Shown here: in pieces, positions 11,358 to 21,331 of the stretch
Position numbering within the stretch: the stretch's first letter is position 1
How the letters are laid out: each line of letters opens with the position of its first letter
Virus record (IMG/VR): IMGVR_UViG_3300044712_000815
Coordinates: 1-64,000 of that record
Origin: a virus
Length of the DNA: 64,000 nt
Direction: 5' to 3' (one strand)
Notes under the pieces: model-generated
Database searches by the model: none
What the model was told of the DNA's origin: nothing
The model's input: the letters and a program-made list of their open reading frames with translations, nothing else
Made by a program: the position numbers and the translations under genes

Positions 11358-11627
11358 TTACGATAAATTTCCCTTGACTGAATGTTTTGATATTAATAAT
11401 ATTTTTTCAGATTTTGTTAATTGTTTTATACGATATTCTTCTTTACTTGCTTGACTTTTATTTTCTAATTTTTTTGAATACAACAATATTACAGGCAATC
11501 TACATTTTGTATATTTTGCACCTTTACCTTTATTGTGGGTAATGATTCGTTTATTCACGTTTGTTGAAATACCAGTATAATAGGTGTTATCTGAACATTT
11601 AACAATATAAACAAACCATTTTTTCAC
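11358..11627 (-). CDS. GIY-YIG nuclease (UPF0213-like)
   Basis: FVYIVKC..YYTGIS..R..HN.GKGAKYT..E..IK. Confidence 0.9.
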   Translation of the reverse strand: MKKWFVYIVKCSDNTYYTGISTNVNKRIITHNKGKGAKYTKCRLPVILLYSKKLENKSQASKEEYRIKQLTKSEKILLISKHSVKGNLS

Positions 11628-11717
11628 ATATTATATATTGTTTTTTATTGAACATTTTTTTGTTATTATGAAATATGTTATTATATTTGTGTATTATTAA
11701 AAAATTAATTAAAATTT

Positions 11718-12185
11718 ATGGAAGAATTAGGAAAAGGTAAACGGTTATATTTTTTTGTTATTTACCAATTGAATGGTAGGCAATCTTGTATTCAGTGTGG
11801 TCACGCAATGGGGGAATTTGTGTTAAAGTATCACAAAGATGAAGTGATATTTGGTGAATTTATTGATTTTTTAAGAAATCATAAGACTTGGGTGGTTTTG
11901 GATGGTGGCACGACTAATAATAATCCAAATAATTTGGGTACAATAAATATATTAAAAAATCAATTTGAAGAACATGATGTACCATTTGCTGAATTTTATG
12001 AAGAAGATTTAACTGATGCATTAACTGCATTTTGTTTTATTGTTGATGAATGTGTTTATAGTTTACCAAGAAACATTTCTGAAGAAGATTATCCAAGTTG
12101 GAGAGAAGAAATGGTTAAAAATGTTGGTGAAAAGAATATGTTTATCTATGATATGATTAAGGATAAACCATTAGCGAAGAATTAA
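11718..12185 (+). CDS. Peptidyl-tRNA hydrolase 2-like protein
   Basis: QCGHA, K.WVVL and FYEEDL..LTA pattern of phage Pth2-like proteins. Confidence 0.55.
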   Translation: MEELGKGKRLYFFVIYQLNGRQSCIQCGHAMGEFVLKYHKDEVIFGEFIDFLRNHKTWVVLDGGTTNNNPNNLGTINILKNQFEEHDVPFAEFYEEDLTDALTAFCFIVDECVYSLPRNISEEDYPSWREEMVKNVGEKNMFIYDMIKDKPLAKN

Positions 12186-12291
12186 ATGAAAAATAATAAT
12201 CCATGGAAATCTGGAATTTTTTATTTATTTCTTTATATTGGAATATTTGGAATAATTTCATTATTTTTTTGGTTTTTAACGAAATAAAAAT

Positions 12292-12531
12292 ATGAAAAAG
12301 TCAGAAAATGATCTTAATCAAGTGTTAAGATATACGAAATGTATAGATTTGTGGTTATCAGATAGGGGGGAATATGAGATGTTGACAGCATATGATAACT
12401 ATGTGAAATCAATGATTAGTGAAAATAATTTGGATCAGATAAAAACATTATCTGATTGGTTATCGGACATTAATATAGATTTGTTCAATGAATATGATCA
12501 ATATGTTGAAAAATTAATAAAGGGTTATTAG
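12292..12531 (+). CDS. Hypothetical protein
   Basis: ORF track. Confidence 0.5.
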   Translation: MKKSENDLNQVLRYTKCIDLWLSDRGEYEMLTAYDNYVKSMISENNLDQIKTLSDWLSDINIDLFNEYDQYVEKLIKGY

Positions 12532-12559
12532 TTATACAGATATTTAAAAAAATAATAAT

Positions 12560-12841
12560 ATGCATATAAATATGAACAAAAAAATGGAATATCGTGGATA
12601 TACCTTTAATATTGGAATATTACAAAAAGCAACAACTATTACGGGTAATAATCAGTATGATATAACTATCAATGACTTTGGACAATCTAATTTTTATGAA
12701 AAAACTACAAATGTTGTTGAAGAAAATATATTTACAGCAATCGAAGCTTTGGAAACTATTGCAAAATCGTGGGCAAATAAAAGATTAGATAGTTGTAAAA
12801 GTGATATTCAATTGAGATTAGAAGCAAATGGTTTTGAATAA
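12560..12841 (+). CDS. Hypothetical protein
   Basis: ORF track. Confidence 0.5.
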   Translation: MHINMNKKMEYRGYTFNIGILQKATTITGNNQYDITINDFGQSNFYEKTTNVVEENIFTAIEALETIAKSWANKRLDSCKSDIQLRLEANGFE

Positions 12842-12945
12842 GAAATAAAACTACAATTTAACATATTTTTTAATTATTTTTTATATTAATTATTTTTTTT
12901 CTTGGGGGACAGAAAATATTTAATATATAAAAATAAAATAAAAAT

Positions 12946-13896
12946 ATGAGTGATAAATTCAACAATAAAAAAGAAAAGGAATCTCTTAATTATTTGGAAC
13001 AAAATTTCATAAGTAATGAAGATAATGATTTAGAAAATATTAAAAAAGTAGATGATTTGTCTTATTTAGATACACCATCAAATGAATATATTTATATACC
13101 TTTAGATATTTTACCTTGTGGTATATTTTATAAACCGGGTACAAAAATTGCAATAAGAGCAGCAAAAGTTCAAGAAGTTCAAGCATATTCTGTTGTAGAT
13201 GATAACAATTATTTGGATATAACAGAAAAAATGAATCAGATTTTAACATCATGTTTAAAATACACATATGCTAATGGTATGTCAGGTTCATATAAAGATG
13301 TGCGAGATGGTGATCGTTTATTTTTGATATTTATGATAAGGGAATTAACATTTCCTGGTGGAAAAAATTTATCAAAAGATGCTACGTGTGATAGTTGTGG
13401 ACATGAATTTAAAGTAGAATTAAGAGCTACATCTTCTAACACAACACAAAAGACTTTTGTTAATTATGAAATGCCTGAAAAATTAAAAAAATTTTTTAAT
13501 CCACAAGAAAGAGTGTTTATATTTAAAATTAATGGTGTAGATTATAAGTTAGCACCACCCACTGTTGGTATTCAGGAGATATTTTTTGGTGACATCAAAA
13601 ATAAAATTCAAGTTGAAAAAAATCCTAATGTAGCGTTTTTGAAAATAGCATCGTGTATGTTATATGATAGAAGTAAAATTACACCTGAAGGTATTAAAGA
13701 AAAAGAAGATGAATTTAAACGTTTGGATATGGCAACATTTCAAATTTTAAATCAAGCAGTAAATATGATGTTATTTGGTATTAAAGAAATGCAATCAATT
13801 TGTCCATCGTGTGGTCAGGAGGTCCACACTAATATGACATTTCCTGGAGGGGCTTCGAGTATATTTGTTACCAGAGTTGAAGAATATTTTGATTAA
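12946..13896 (+). CDS. Baseplate hub assembly chaperone (T4 gp26-like)
   Basis: LPCGIFY, GDRLFLIFMIR, two CxxC motifs; late promoter. Confidence 0.65.
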   Translation: MSDKFNNKKEKESLNYLEQNFISNEDNDLENIKKVDDLSYLDTPSNEYIYIPLDILPCGIFYKPGTKIAIRAAKVQEVQAYSVVDDNNYLDITEKMNQILTSCLKYTYANGMSGSYKDVRDGDRLFLIFMIRELTFPGGKNLSKDATCDSCGHEFKVELRATSSNTTQKTFVNYEMPEKLKKFFNPQERVFIFKINGVDYKLAPPTVGIQEIFFGDIKNKIQVEKNPNVAFLKIASCMLYDRSKITPEGIKEKEDEFKRLDMATFQILNQAVNMMLFGIKEMQSICPSCGQEVHTNMTFPGGASSIFVTRVEEYFD

Positions 13897-14179
13897 TTTT
13901 GAAGATCAGCAAAAACAAATATTTTCATTATTTCAGATGCCACTGAATAATATTTTGGATAATATATTTGGTTTTATGGATGTTGATCATATGCCACCAA
14001 GTGAAATGAAGAAATTGGCTTGGTGGGAATATGAAGAATATGTTAAACGTTTAAATGATAGAATAGATCGTGATAATAAGCAACAAAAAGAACAACAAAG
14101 TCAACAAAATATGCCAGATTTATCAAATAAGATACCAAATATGAATTCTGTTATGAATAATTTAGGTAAATATAAATAA
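13865..14179 (+). CDS. Baseplate assembly protein (T4 gp51-like; start probably internal)
   Basis: Follows the gp26-like gene; PSEMKKLAWWEYEEYV motif. Confidence 0.5.
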   Translation: MLPELKNILINFEDQQKQIFSLFQMPLNNILDNIFGFMDVDHMPPSEMKKLAWWEYEEYVKRLNDRIDRDNKQQKEQQSQQNMPDLSNKIPNMNSVMNNLGKYK

Positions 14180-14270
14180 TATATAAAATCAAAAAAAGTC
14201 TAATAATATGTTAAACTTTTTTTGATTTTTTATTTAATATATACAAAGATTTAAAAATTAATTAACAACT

Positions 14271-14459
14271 ATGAAAATTAAAACTTATAAAGAGTTTAGG
14301 GAATCTTTTACCATAACTTTGGATCAATTACCTGCCATCGGTGATATTGTTGATAAGGTTGATTGGAAAGAAGGTGAAAAAGTTGCATTTATAGATTTTA
14401 AAGGTATAAGAAACATACCAATTTATATTTCAGATAAAGAAGAACAAGATAATATTTAA
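14271..14459 (+). CDS. Small protein with capsid-targeting-like N-terminus
   Basis: MKIKTYKEFRES; late promoter. Confidence 0.5.
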   Translation: MKIKTYKEFRESFTITLDQLPAIGDIVDKVDWKEGEKVAFIDFKGIRNIPIYISDKEEQDNI

Positions 14460-14463
14460 AAAT

Positions 14464-15345
14464 ATGAATAAAGAAATATCATTTTTTGATCTAGATAATA
14501 CCTTATGGTATATTAAAAGTGATGTGTGGGTTATTGATAAAGATAAACCATCTGAACCTATCTTAAAAATTTCACCAATTGAATTTATTTTAATTAAAAG
14601 TGGCATTTATATTAAAGATGATATTTTGATTGAATATAATAATGAAAGTTATTTTATATCGCAGGATATGATGGAACGAATAATGCGGAAGAAAAAGAAT
14701 ATAAGATTGAAAGATTTGGGTATATCATATGCTGAATATTTTGATGATGATATATTAAATAAAAAAGATGTTCAATATTTACTTAATAACATAAAACATT
14801 TAATTGGTAAAAATGCTGAAATCGGCATTTTAACTGCAAGATCAGATAGAAAAAAACATGCGCCATTAATTAATAAATTAAGAAAAAAATTAGAAGAATT
14901 TGGATTAGAAATAGATAAAATTTATTTTGTTTCAGAAGCTATTCGTGTTATTGGATATTTTGATAAAATACTTTATGATAAAAATAAAATTCTTTTAGAA
15001 CATTTAATTGGGTTAACAATAGAAGATAATCATTTTGTTCCTGTTAAAAAAGATGCATATACAAAAATAAATTTTTATGATGATGTTAAGTCTAATTTTA
15101 TGAATATAAATAAAATGCAAGACTATTTTGATTTTTTAATTAGAAATAGTGATGATGATTGTGTTGAATATATAAAAAATAGATTAGAAAATAACACATT
15201 ACAAATATTCAATAATTTGGTAACAAATAATGAAGTAAATCCATTTGAAACTACTGTTATTAAATTAAATACACCAATTAAGTATCCTATAAAAGTTTCT
15301 GATAATAAACTTACTGTGAAATTTGAAAATTTTAATAAAATATAA
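14464..15345 (+). CDS. HAD-superfamily phosphatase-like protein
   Basis: FFDLDNTL, LTAR, FYDD motifs. Confidence 0.65.
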   Translation: MNKEISFFDLDNTLWYIKSDVWVIDKDKPSEPILKISPIEFILIKSGIYIKDDILIEYNNESYFISQDMMERIMRKKKNIRLKDLGISYAEYFDDDILNKKDVQYLLNNIKHLIGKNAEIGILTARSDRKKHAPLINKLRKKLEEFGLEIDKIYFVSEAIRVIGYFDKILYDKNKILLEHLIGLTIEDNHFVPVKKDAYTKINFYDDVKSNFMNINKMQDYFDFLIRNSDDDCVEYIKNRLENNTLQIFNNLVTNNEVNPFETTVIKLNTPIKYPIKVSDNKLTVKFENFNKI

Positions 15346-15353
15346 ATAAGTTA

Positions 15354-15587
15354 TTAAATTAATTTATTTTCCAATTTATAAAAATCATATTCTTCTTCTT
15401 CTGATAGTTTATCAACTATACTATTTAAATATTGTTTATCAAGATATTCAAATTCTGGTAGAATATCTGTTGTTTCATCTTCGTTTTTCCTAAAGAATAT
15501 ATCACCTTTTATAAGTCCATCTATATTGTTCAAATTATAAAGAACAATTTGATTTTCATCTTTTTGAATTGAAAAAAAATTTTGCAT
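15354..15587 (-). CDS. Hypothetical protein
   Basis: ORF track. Confidence 0.45.
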   Translation of the reverse strand: MQNFFSIQKDENQIVLYNLNNIDGLIKGDIFFRKNEDETTDILPEFEYLDKQYLNSIVDKLSEEEEYDFYKLENKLI

Positions 15588-15604
15588 TATTTGTTTTTTA
15601 TTTT

Positions 15605-16672
15605 TTATTTTAATACTTTATTAATAATGTCAGCTAACGATACATTAACTTTAACTTTAACAGTAGATTCTGCTATTGATCCTTTACCATCAATTACTTT
15701 GCATTTATACATACTTGGAAAACTTGGTGTTATTGTTGCTTCTGCTTCATTTGAAACAACACTACCATTAGAATCTGTCCATTCATATTTAAAACTCCAA
15801 TCACCACCACTAGCAGTAGCACTCAATTTTACACTTTGTCCTTTGTCAACTTCGGTTGGATCAGCTTTAGCTTCAACTGCTATTTTTTGTTCATCTGATT
15901 TCTTTTTTGTTGAACTAAATAAAGCCATTACAGGACCAAGTAAACCTAATACAGCATTCAAAGCACCAACTATTTTAGAAACTGCACCAAATATTGTATT
16001 TAATAGTGATATAATCATCTGACCAATTTTATCTAATACTAGACCAACAGCATCAACAATTGGATTGATGAATGGTAAGAATTGTGCTATTTTTGCTTGT
16101 AATTCAGAAATGGTCGCCATCATAGTTTGGACTGCTGTTAATGCTGCTGGTATTCCAGAACCAAATGGTAAAATAATCGCTGATGATACCATAGCAATTA
16201 AAGATGTAGCAATAGTTACGATTGCTTTAGGTATAGCTACTATAAATTCACCAAGTTTAGCACCAAATTGTTTTAATGAATCCAAAAAATCATTTATCAT
16301 TTTTTGAATTTTTTGACATAATGGATGATTATCAATATCTATCGGTGGTTGATAATCTTCATCACCTGGTTGAGCAACACAAGCCGGATCAGCTTTATCA
16401 TTATCAAATAATTTACCATCTTTATAATATACCTTTCCATATATAAATAATTGTGCATCATCTTCAGTCATTGGTGGATTAAACTTTTGAGAACTTAGAA
16501 TTAAGAATTTTTTTGAAATTTGTCTTTTAGTTAATATTAACCCTTTACTTTCAAGCATATTAATAATAGCATCAGCAGGATTCGGAATTCCAATTGCTTG
16601 CAAATTTTTTATTTCTTCTTCTAATTTTGTTTTAGTTTCTATCAATGAATCAATATTTGGGCTATCTGCCAT
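15605..16672 (-). CDS. Probable virion protein: amphipathic helical region plus C-terminal PKD/Ig-like domain
   Basis: C-terminal VKLSATASGG..YEWTD..YKCKVID; late promoter upstream. Confidence 0.55.
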   Translation of the reverse strand: MADSPNIDSLIETKTKLEEEIKNLQAIGIPNPADAIINMLESKGLILTKRQISKKFLILSSQKFNPPMTEDDAQLFIYGKVYYKDGKLFDNDKADPACVAQPGDEDYQPPIDIDNHPLCQKIQKMINDFLDSLKQFGAKLGEFIVAIPKAIVTIATSLIAMVSSAIILPFGSGIPAALTAVQTMMATISELQAKIAQFLPFINPIVDAVGLVLDKIGQMIISLLNTIFGAVSKIVGALNAVLGLLGPVMALFSSTKKKSDEQKIAVEAKADPTEVDKGQSVKLSATASGGDWSFKYEWTDSNGSVVSNEAEATITPSFPSMYKCKVIDGKGSIAESTVKVKVNVSLADIINKVLK

Positions 16673-16760
16673 ATAATAACTATTTTTTATTTATATATAA
16701 AATATTGTGTAGTTAAAATGATTTTAAAGTTTTAATATATAAGAAAAAATAAGTATTAAT

Positions 16761-17804
16761 ATGAAAAATTTATATACTAAAAATGAATTTTTAACACTTC
16801 GAAATGATGATATTTTAAATGAAGGTTTAGTGACAGGATTATTTAAGGGTTTATTTAATAGTGTAGCAAAACTAGCAAATAAAATTAAAGGCACTAAAGA
16901 AATAGATAAAATTTTTAATCAGTATAAAGGTTTTATTGACCAAGCGTTTGCAAAATTAGGTAATGTTGGTACAGCCGAACAAGCTGCAACAGCAGCAACC
17001 ACACCAACAACCAAACAAAATAAACAACAACCAATTAGTGGTACAACCCAACAAAATGCTAGTTTTGGATATAATTCATTTGATATTTTAAATGAAGTTG
17101 AAACAGCACCAACTACACCATCAGCAAAAGCAACTGTAAAAAATCAAGAAAAACAAAATACAACTGAACAAAAAAATTTAGTGAATTTGACACCACAAAA
17201 AATAGCAGAACTTACTAAAATTACACAAAATAGAATAGAAGAATTAAGAAAACAATTTGAAGTTGCAATAGATGCGGTAATAACAAAATTGACTAAAAAT
17301 CCAAATTATTCATCAGATAAATTAAATCAATATGCTATGGTTCAAAAAAATGCATTTATGACATATGTGTATGATCAATGGTATGGTTTTTATCAAAAGG
17401 TGGGTGATCAGAAAAGGCTTACAGAATTAGTAAAGGTAAAAAAAGAAAATGAAGCAAAATATAAACAATCAATAGCTGAACTAAATACCAAATTAGGTGA
17501 AAAACAAAAAAAAGTTGATGTGGTTACAGCTGGAAATTACATCTATCACAATACAAAGGGTAAGGATATTACAGTAACAGTTATTGGTAAAGAATTGGGT
17601 AAGGATGAAAATGGTAATAATGATGCAACCGATCCAAAACATAATGGAATGTGGAAAGTTAAATCAGGTGATGCGTCTTTTTGGATATCACCAGAATCAT
17701 TTAAGGCTAAGGCAACAGAAACAACAACAGTTGCACCAGCAACAACAGAAACAACAACAGTTGCACCAGCAACAACAACAGAAACAACAACAGTTGCACT
17801 ATAA
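16761..17804 (+). CDS. Probable internal head protein with TETTTVAPA repeats
   Basis: ILNE|G cleavage-like sites; late promoter. Confidence 0.5.
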   Translation: MKNLYTKNEFLTLRNDDILNEGLVTGLFKGLFNSVAKLANKIKGTKEIDKIFNQYKGFIDQAFAKLGNVGTAEQAATAATTPTTKQNKQQPISGTTQQNASFGYNSFDILNEVETAPTTPSAKATVKNQEKQNTTEQKNLVNLTPQKIAELTKITQNRIEELRKQFEVAIDAVITKLTKNPNYSSDKLNQYAMVQKNAFMTYVYDQWYGFYQKVGDQKRLTELVKVKKENEAKYKQSIAELNTKLGEKQKKVDVVTAGNYIYHNTKGKDITVTVIGKELGKDENGNNDATDPKHNGMWKVKSGDASFWISPESFKAKATETTTVAPATTETTTVAPATTTETTTVAL

Positions 17805-17806
17805 AA

Positions 17807-18610
17807 ATGATGAATAATATAATAATAACATATAGTGAATATAAACTTGATGAAGGATTTTTATCATCAATATCTAATTTTTTGAAAACACAATATCAGA
17901 AAATATTTCCTGATGCAACACAATCTTTGAATAATTTGTTTAATGATTTTACTAAAAAAGTAGATACAGAAAAAAATGTTTCTAATTTATATCAAAGATT
18001 TATTAAAGCAAATCAAACAACAGTAGTAAATGAGATTAATAACGCAGAAAGTATTGATGCTGTTAATAAAATCATAACAGAAGAAATTAAATATTTTTAT
18101 TTTTCATTAAAACCAATTGTAAATAAATTGCAAAATGATGAATTTACAGTTGAAAAAATATTTGAAAGATCAAGAGATAAAAGATTGATGACATTAATGA
18201 ACTATCCAGAAGATCAATTTTCAAATGCTGTTTCACAATATGCAACAACAATTGCAATACCAGCAATAAAAACAGATTCAAAAATAGATCAACAAGTAAC
18301 AACAGAAAGACATATCTATAAAATTTTAGAAGCAACAGAAGAAGAAAATTTAATAGTATATAAAAAAAGTGCAATAAAATGGATTAATATATCGTTGTTT
18401 GATTTGATAAAACCCAAAATGCAACTATTAAATCAATTGGGTGCAACTACGAGTAATGCGGTTGATCTATTATCAAAACAAATCAAATGTACATCAAATG
18501 GTAATGCTAAAAAAATGATTCTTAATAAGATATTAAATATGAATAAAATAGAATTACAAAATTTGGCAACAACATTAGGAATAACCCCAAATGAATTAGG
18601 TAAATTATGA
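17807..18610 (+). CDS. Probable internal head protein
   Basis: TYSEYKLDE|G N-terminus. Confidence 0.45.
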   Translation: MMNNIIITYSEYKLDEGFLSSISNFLKTQYQKIFPDATQSLNNLFNDFTKKVDTEKNVSNLYQRFIKANQTTVVNEINNAESIDAVNKIITEEIKYFYFSLKPIVNKLQNDEFTVEKIFERSRDKRLMTLMNYPEDQFSNAVSQYATTIAIPAIKTDSKIDQQVTTERHIYKILEATEEENLIVYKKSAIKWINISLFDLIKPKMQLLNQLGATTSNAVDLLSKQIKCTSNGNAKKMILNKILNMNKIELQNLATTLGITPNELGKL

Positions 18611-18855
18611 AATATTTGAGATTGTTTGAAAATGATTACACTAAAGATGATTATGTCTTAATGTCAGGAAAACAATTAGTTGGACAAGAAGATCAATTTG
18701 TTAAAGTTGTTAAAAAAGATGGAAATATTTTTCAAGTGAAATTTGATGATGATACAATAACATCAGTTCATAAAAATAGTATAATTAGATTATTAAACAA
18801 AGATGAAATTCAAGATTATAATATTAAAATTGCTATGAAAAAATATAATATTTAA
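18607..18855 (+). CDS. Small SH3/Tudor-like protein, CTS-like N-terminus, KKYNI C-terminus
   Basis: MKYLRLFEN...FQVKFDD...KKYNI. Confidence 0.5.
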   Translation: MKYLRLFENDYTKDDYVLMSGKQLVGQEDQFVKVVKKDGNIFQVKFDDDTITSVHKNSIIRLLNKDEIQDYNIKIAMKKYNI

Positions 18856-18894
18856 ATAATTATAGTATATTTGTAAAAATGTAAAATAAAAAAC

Positions 18895-19338
18895 ATGAAA
18901 GATAAAAATAATATAGAGGGGGATAAGCGTATGATAGAAAAATTTGCTTTGATTATAGTGAAACAAATGGGTACTGTTGGATCAGTTATTATTCATACTA
19001 TATTATTTACTATTGCAATATTATTGTATATATTTAATTGCTTTGATCGAGATACAATATTACTCGTTCTTACTACGATTGTTTCATTAGAAGCAATATA
19101 TTTATCGGTTTTTATTCAAATGGGATTGAATTCATTAAAAGAAAATGTTGAAGATATCCAAGAAAATGTTGAAGATATCCAAGAAAATGTTGAAGATATC
19201 CAAGAAGATGTTGAAGAATTGAATGAAGATGAAGATGAAGAAGATGATGAAGATGAAGACCTCAAAAAAATCAAAGAAACATTGGATATATTAGTTAAAG
19301 AAATAAAAGATTTAAAAAAGAAAAATAAAAATATTTAA
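18895..19338 (+). CDS. DUF1003-like membrane protein with ENVEDIQ repeats
   Basis: Two TM helices, LTTIVSLEAIYLS motif, acidic coiled tail. Confidence 0.65.
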   Translation: MKDKNNIEGDKRMIEKFALIIVKQMGTVGSVIIHTILFTIAILLYIFNCFDRDTILLVLTTIVSLEAIYLSVFIQMGLNSLKENVEDIQENVEDIQENVEDIQEDVEELNEDEDEEDDEDEDLKKIKETLDILVKEIKDLKKKNKNI

Positions 19339-19802
19339 TGAATAAGTTAAAAAAATTTGAAAGTTTTAATGAAAAAAATTTCAATGATAACATTATCATG
19401 AATTCTAAAATTCATCCAAATATTAAGGAAGAATTATTGCTTAGATTTAATAAATATGATAATACATATCAATATGAGTCAGATTTTTTATTTGGGTTTA
19501 TAAATTCACTAATAGTAAAAGGATATTGTAAAAATGTAACAAAAATAGAAATTAATGATGATGATTTTGAAATACCAGAAGAATTATATTATAAATGGGT
19601 CGTTAAATATTTTTCTCAATACTTATCAGAATTAACATTCAATATTGTAACAGAATCTGAATATCCATTATATACACCCGATGGAATGTTTGATGGAAGA
19701 AGTTTAATTGATATATATGATATAGATGATGATTTAATTATAACAACAGATTTTAATATTATCAATAACATTGAAGGTAAATTATATTTTGATGAAAAAT
19801 AA
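19338..19802 (+). CDS. Hypothetical protein, CTS-like N-terminus
   Basis: MNKLKKFESFNE. Confidence 0.5.
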   Translation: MNKLKKFESFNEKNFNDNIIMNSKIHPNIKEELLLRFNKYDNTYQYESDFLFGFINSLIVKGYCKNVTKIEINDDDFEIPEELYYKWVVKYFSQYLSELTFNIVTESEYPLYTPDGMFDGRSLIDIYDIDDDLIITTDFNIINNIEGKLYFDEK

Positions 19803-19925
19803 AAATAATTGGGTATATCATTCACAAGAAATAAAAAATTAAACTTTTTTATTTAATTATCATATATTATAAAAATGGAAAAAAATGATATTTTTTCATT
19901 AATATATAAAAAAGTTGAAAAAATA

Positions 19926-19957
19926 TTTGGTGGTTACAAAAAAACATTTTATATTTG
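19926..19957 (+). promoter_or_regulatory. Bacteroidota primary-sigma promoter for the tRNA array
   Basis: TTTG (19926-29) - 20 nt - TATATTTG (19950-57). Confidence 0.75.
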
Positions 19958-19993
19958 CAACAGAATTTAAAAACAAGTAAACAAATTTAAGAA

Positions 19994-20104
19994 ATGAAAA
20001 ACATTAGTGTAAATATCGCAACAGTGGCAGCAACAGCAACTACCCCAACAACAGGAGGCAGACCAGTCAGCTTATGTCCATCGGAGATATTATACCTAAT
20101 GTAA
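19994..20104 (+). CDS. Attenuator leader peptide MKNISVNIATVAATATTPTTGGRPVSLCPSEILYLM
   Basis: 36-codon ORF between promoter and terminator; codons 9-25 are only Ala/Thr/Val/Pro/Gly/Arg. Confidence 0.75.
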   Translation: MKNISVNIATVAATATTPTTGGRPVSLCPSEILYLM

Positions 20105-20121
20105 AATATAGGAAAAATAAA

Positions 20122-20160
20122 AAAAAACCCGATGGATGCAAAGCAACCATCGGGTTTTTT
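20122..20160 (+). terminator. Attenuator terminator hairpin (5' arm can alternatively pair with 20075-20084)
   Basis: AAAAAACCCGATGG-ATGCAAAGCAA-CCATCGGGTTTTTT. Confidence 0.85.
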
Positions 20161-20182
20161 GTTTATGTTCTTTGAAAGATAA

Positions 20183-20258
20183 CGGGAAGCGATCCAATTA
20201 GGCGTGGTTACCTCACTTGGAATGAGGATTATTGCAGGTTCGACCCCTGTCTTCCCGA
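20183..20258 (+). tRNA. tRNA-Pro(TGG)
   Basis: CGGGAAG/CTTCCCG acceptor; CCTCA-CTTGGAA-TGAGG; TTCGA T-loop. Confidence 0.8.
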
Positions 20259-20289
20259 CAGAAATTGATAATTGATAAATTATCAGATT

Positions 20290-20313
20290 GTTCATTGACA
20301 TATTGAATTTATA
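20290..20313 (+). promoter_or_regulatory. boxA-like antitermination site GTTCATTGACATATTGAATTTATA (repeated at ~21454)
   Basis: Identical 24-mer precedes two tRNA sub-clusters; related GTTCWTTG at 20167, 31974 and 43411. Confidence 0.55.
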
Positions 20314-20396
20314 TAGTAGTGGAGGAATTGGTTACCTCGCCTGATTTGGGATCAGGAGATCGAAAGTGTATGTGGGTTCGAGTCCCACCTATTATA
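20313..20396 (+). tRNA. tRNA-Pro(TGG), extended variable region
   Basis: CCTGA-TTTGGGA-TCAGG; GTGGG-TTCGAGT-CCCAC. Confidence 0.75.
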
Positions 20397-20455
20397 CAAA
20401 ATATAAAAAAGTTCGTTTTTATTTTTTAATATATAACTAAAATAGAAACGAACTT

Positions 20456-21331
20456 ATGAATAAAAATAAAAATTGTTGGAGAAAAATTGATACATATGCC
20501 AAAAAATTAAAGGCGATTATATTATTAGGTGGTAAATGTGAACATTGTGGTGAAACTAATTTTTTTAAATTAGAATTTCATCATTTAGAATCAGAAGAAA
20601 AAGAATATAATATATCACGAATTAGAAATTATAGATGGTCAATTATTGAATCAGAAATAAAAAAATGTAAATTATTATGTCGAAATTGTCATAATGAAGA
20701 ACACAATGGATATAAAGATAAAAGAAGATTTATTAATAAAAATACATTTTTAGATTTTAAAAAAACAATTAAATGTGAAAAATGTGAATATGATAAATAT
20801 ATTGGATCATTAGATTTTCATCATATTAATCCAAAAATTAAAGATTTAACATTAAGTCAACTTAGTTTAAAATATAACAACATTCAAGAATTGACTGAAA
20901 ATATTAAAATGGAATTAGATAAATGTGTGGTATTGTGTAAAAATTGTCATTCATTAGAACATTCAGATATTGAATTTTTCGAAAAATATAAAGATATAAT
21001 TATTGAAAAATCTAAAAATCTAAAAGAAGTTCAATCAAAAATTGATAGATATGAAGTAAAAAAATTGTATGATGGTGGAATGAAACAAATTGATATTGCT
21101 AAAAAATTAAATGCATCTAAAAGTACGATTAGTGATATAATTAAAATGTCAAAAGATATAATAAGTAAAGAAAAAAGAATAAATAAAGATGATGTTAAAA
21201 AATTGTATGAATGTGGAATGAAACAAATTGATATTGCTAAAAAATTAAATACCAATAGTAGTACAATTTGTGAAATTATAAAAAAATTAAAATTAAATGG
21301 TCTTGTAGTAGCGGAGTCTTCTAAACTCTAG
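20456..21331 (+). CDS. HNH homing endonuclease (two HNH modules + two HTH repeats) inside tRNA array
   Basis: CEHCG..LEFHH..LCRNCH and CEKC..LDFHH..LCKNCH; MKQIDIAKKLN x2; 3' end overlaps the next tRNA-like gene. Confidence 0.85.
   Translation: MNKNKNCWRKIDTYAKKLKAIILLGGKCEHCGETNFFKLEFHHLESEEKEYNISRIRNYRWSIIESEIKKCKLLCRNCHNEEHNGYKDKRRFINKNTFLDFKKTIKCEKCEYDKYIGSLDFHHINPKIKDLTLSQLSLKYNNIQELTENIKMELDKCVVLCKNCHSLEHSDIEFFEKYKDIIIEKSKNLKEVQSKIDRYEVKKLYDGGMKQIDIAKKLNASKSTISDIIKMSKDIISKEKRINKDDVKKLYECGMKQIDIAKKLNTNSSTICEIIKKLKLNGLVVAESSKL

Noticed and set aside
17584-17817. Poly-Gln ORF
   Set aside because: Alternative-frame reading of the TETTTVAPA repeat.
19987-20301. 104-aa minus-strand ORF
   Set aside because: Antisense shadow of the leader, terminator and tRNA-Pro.
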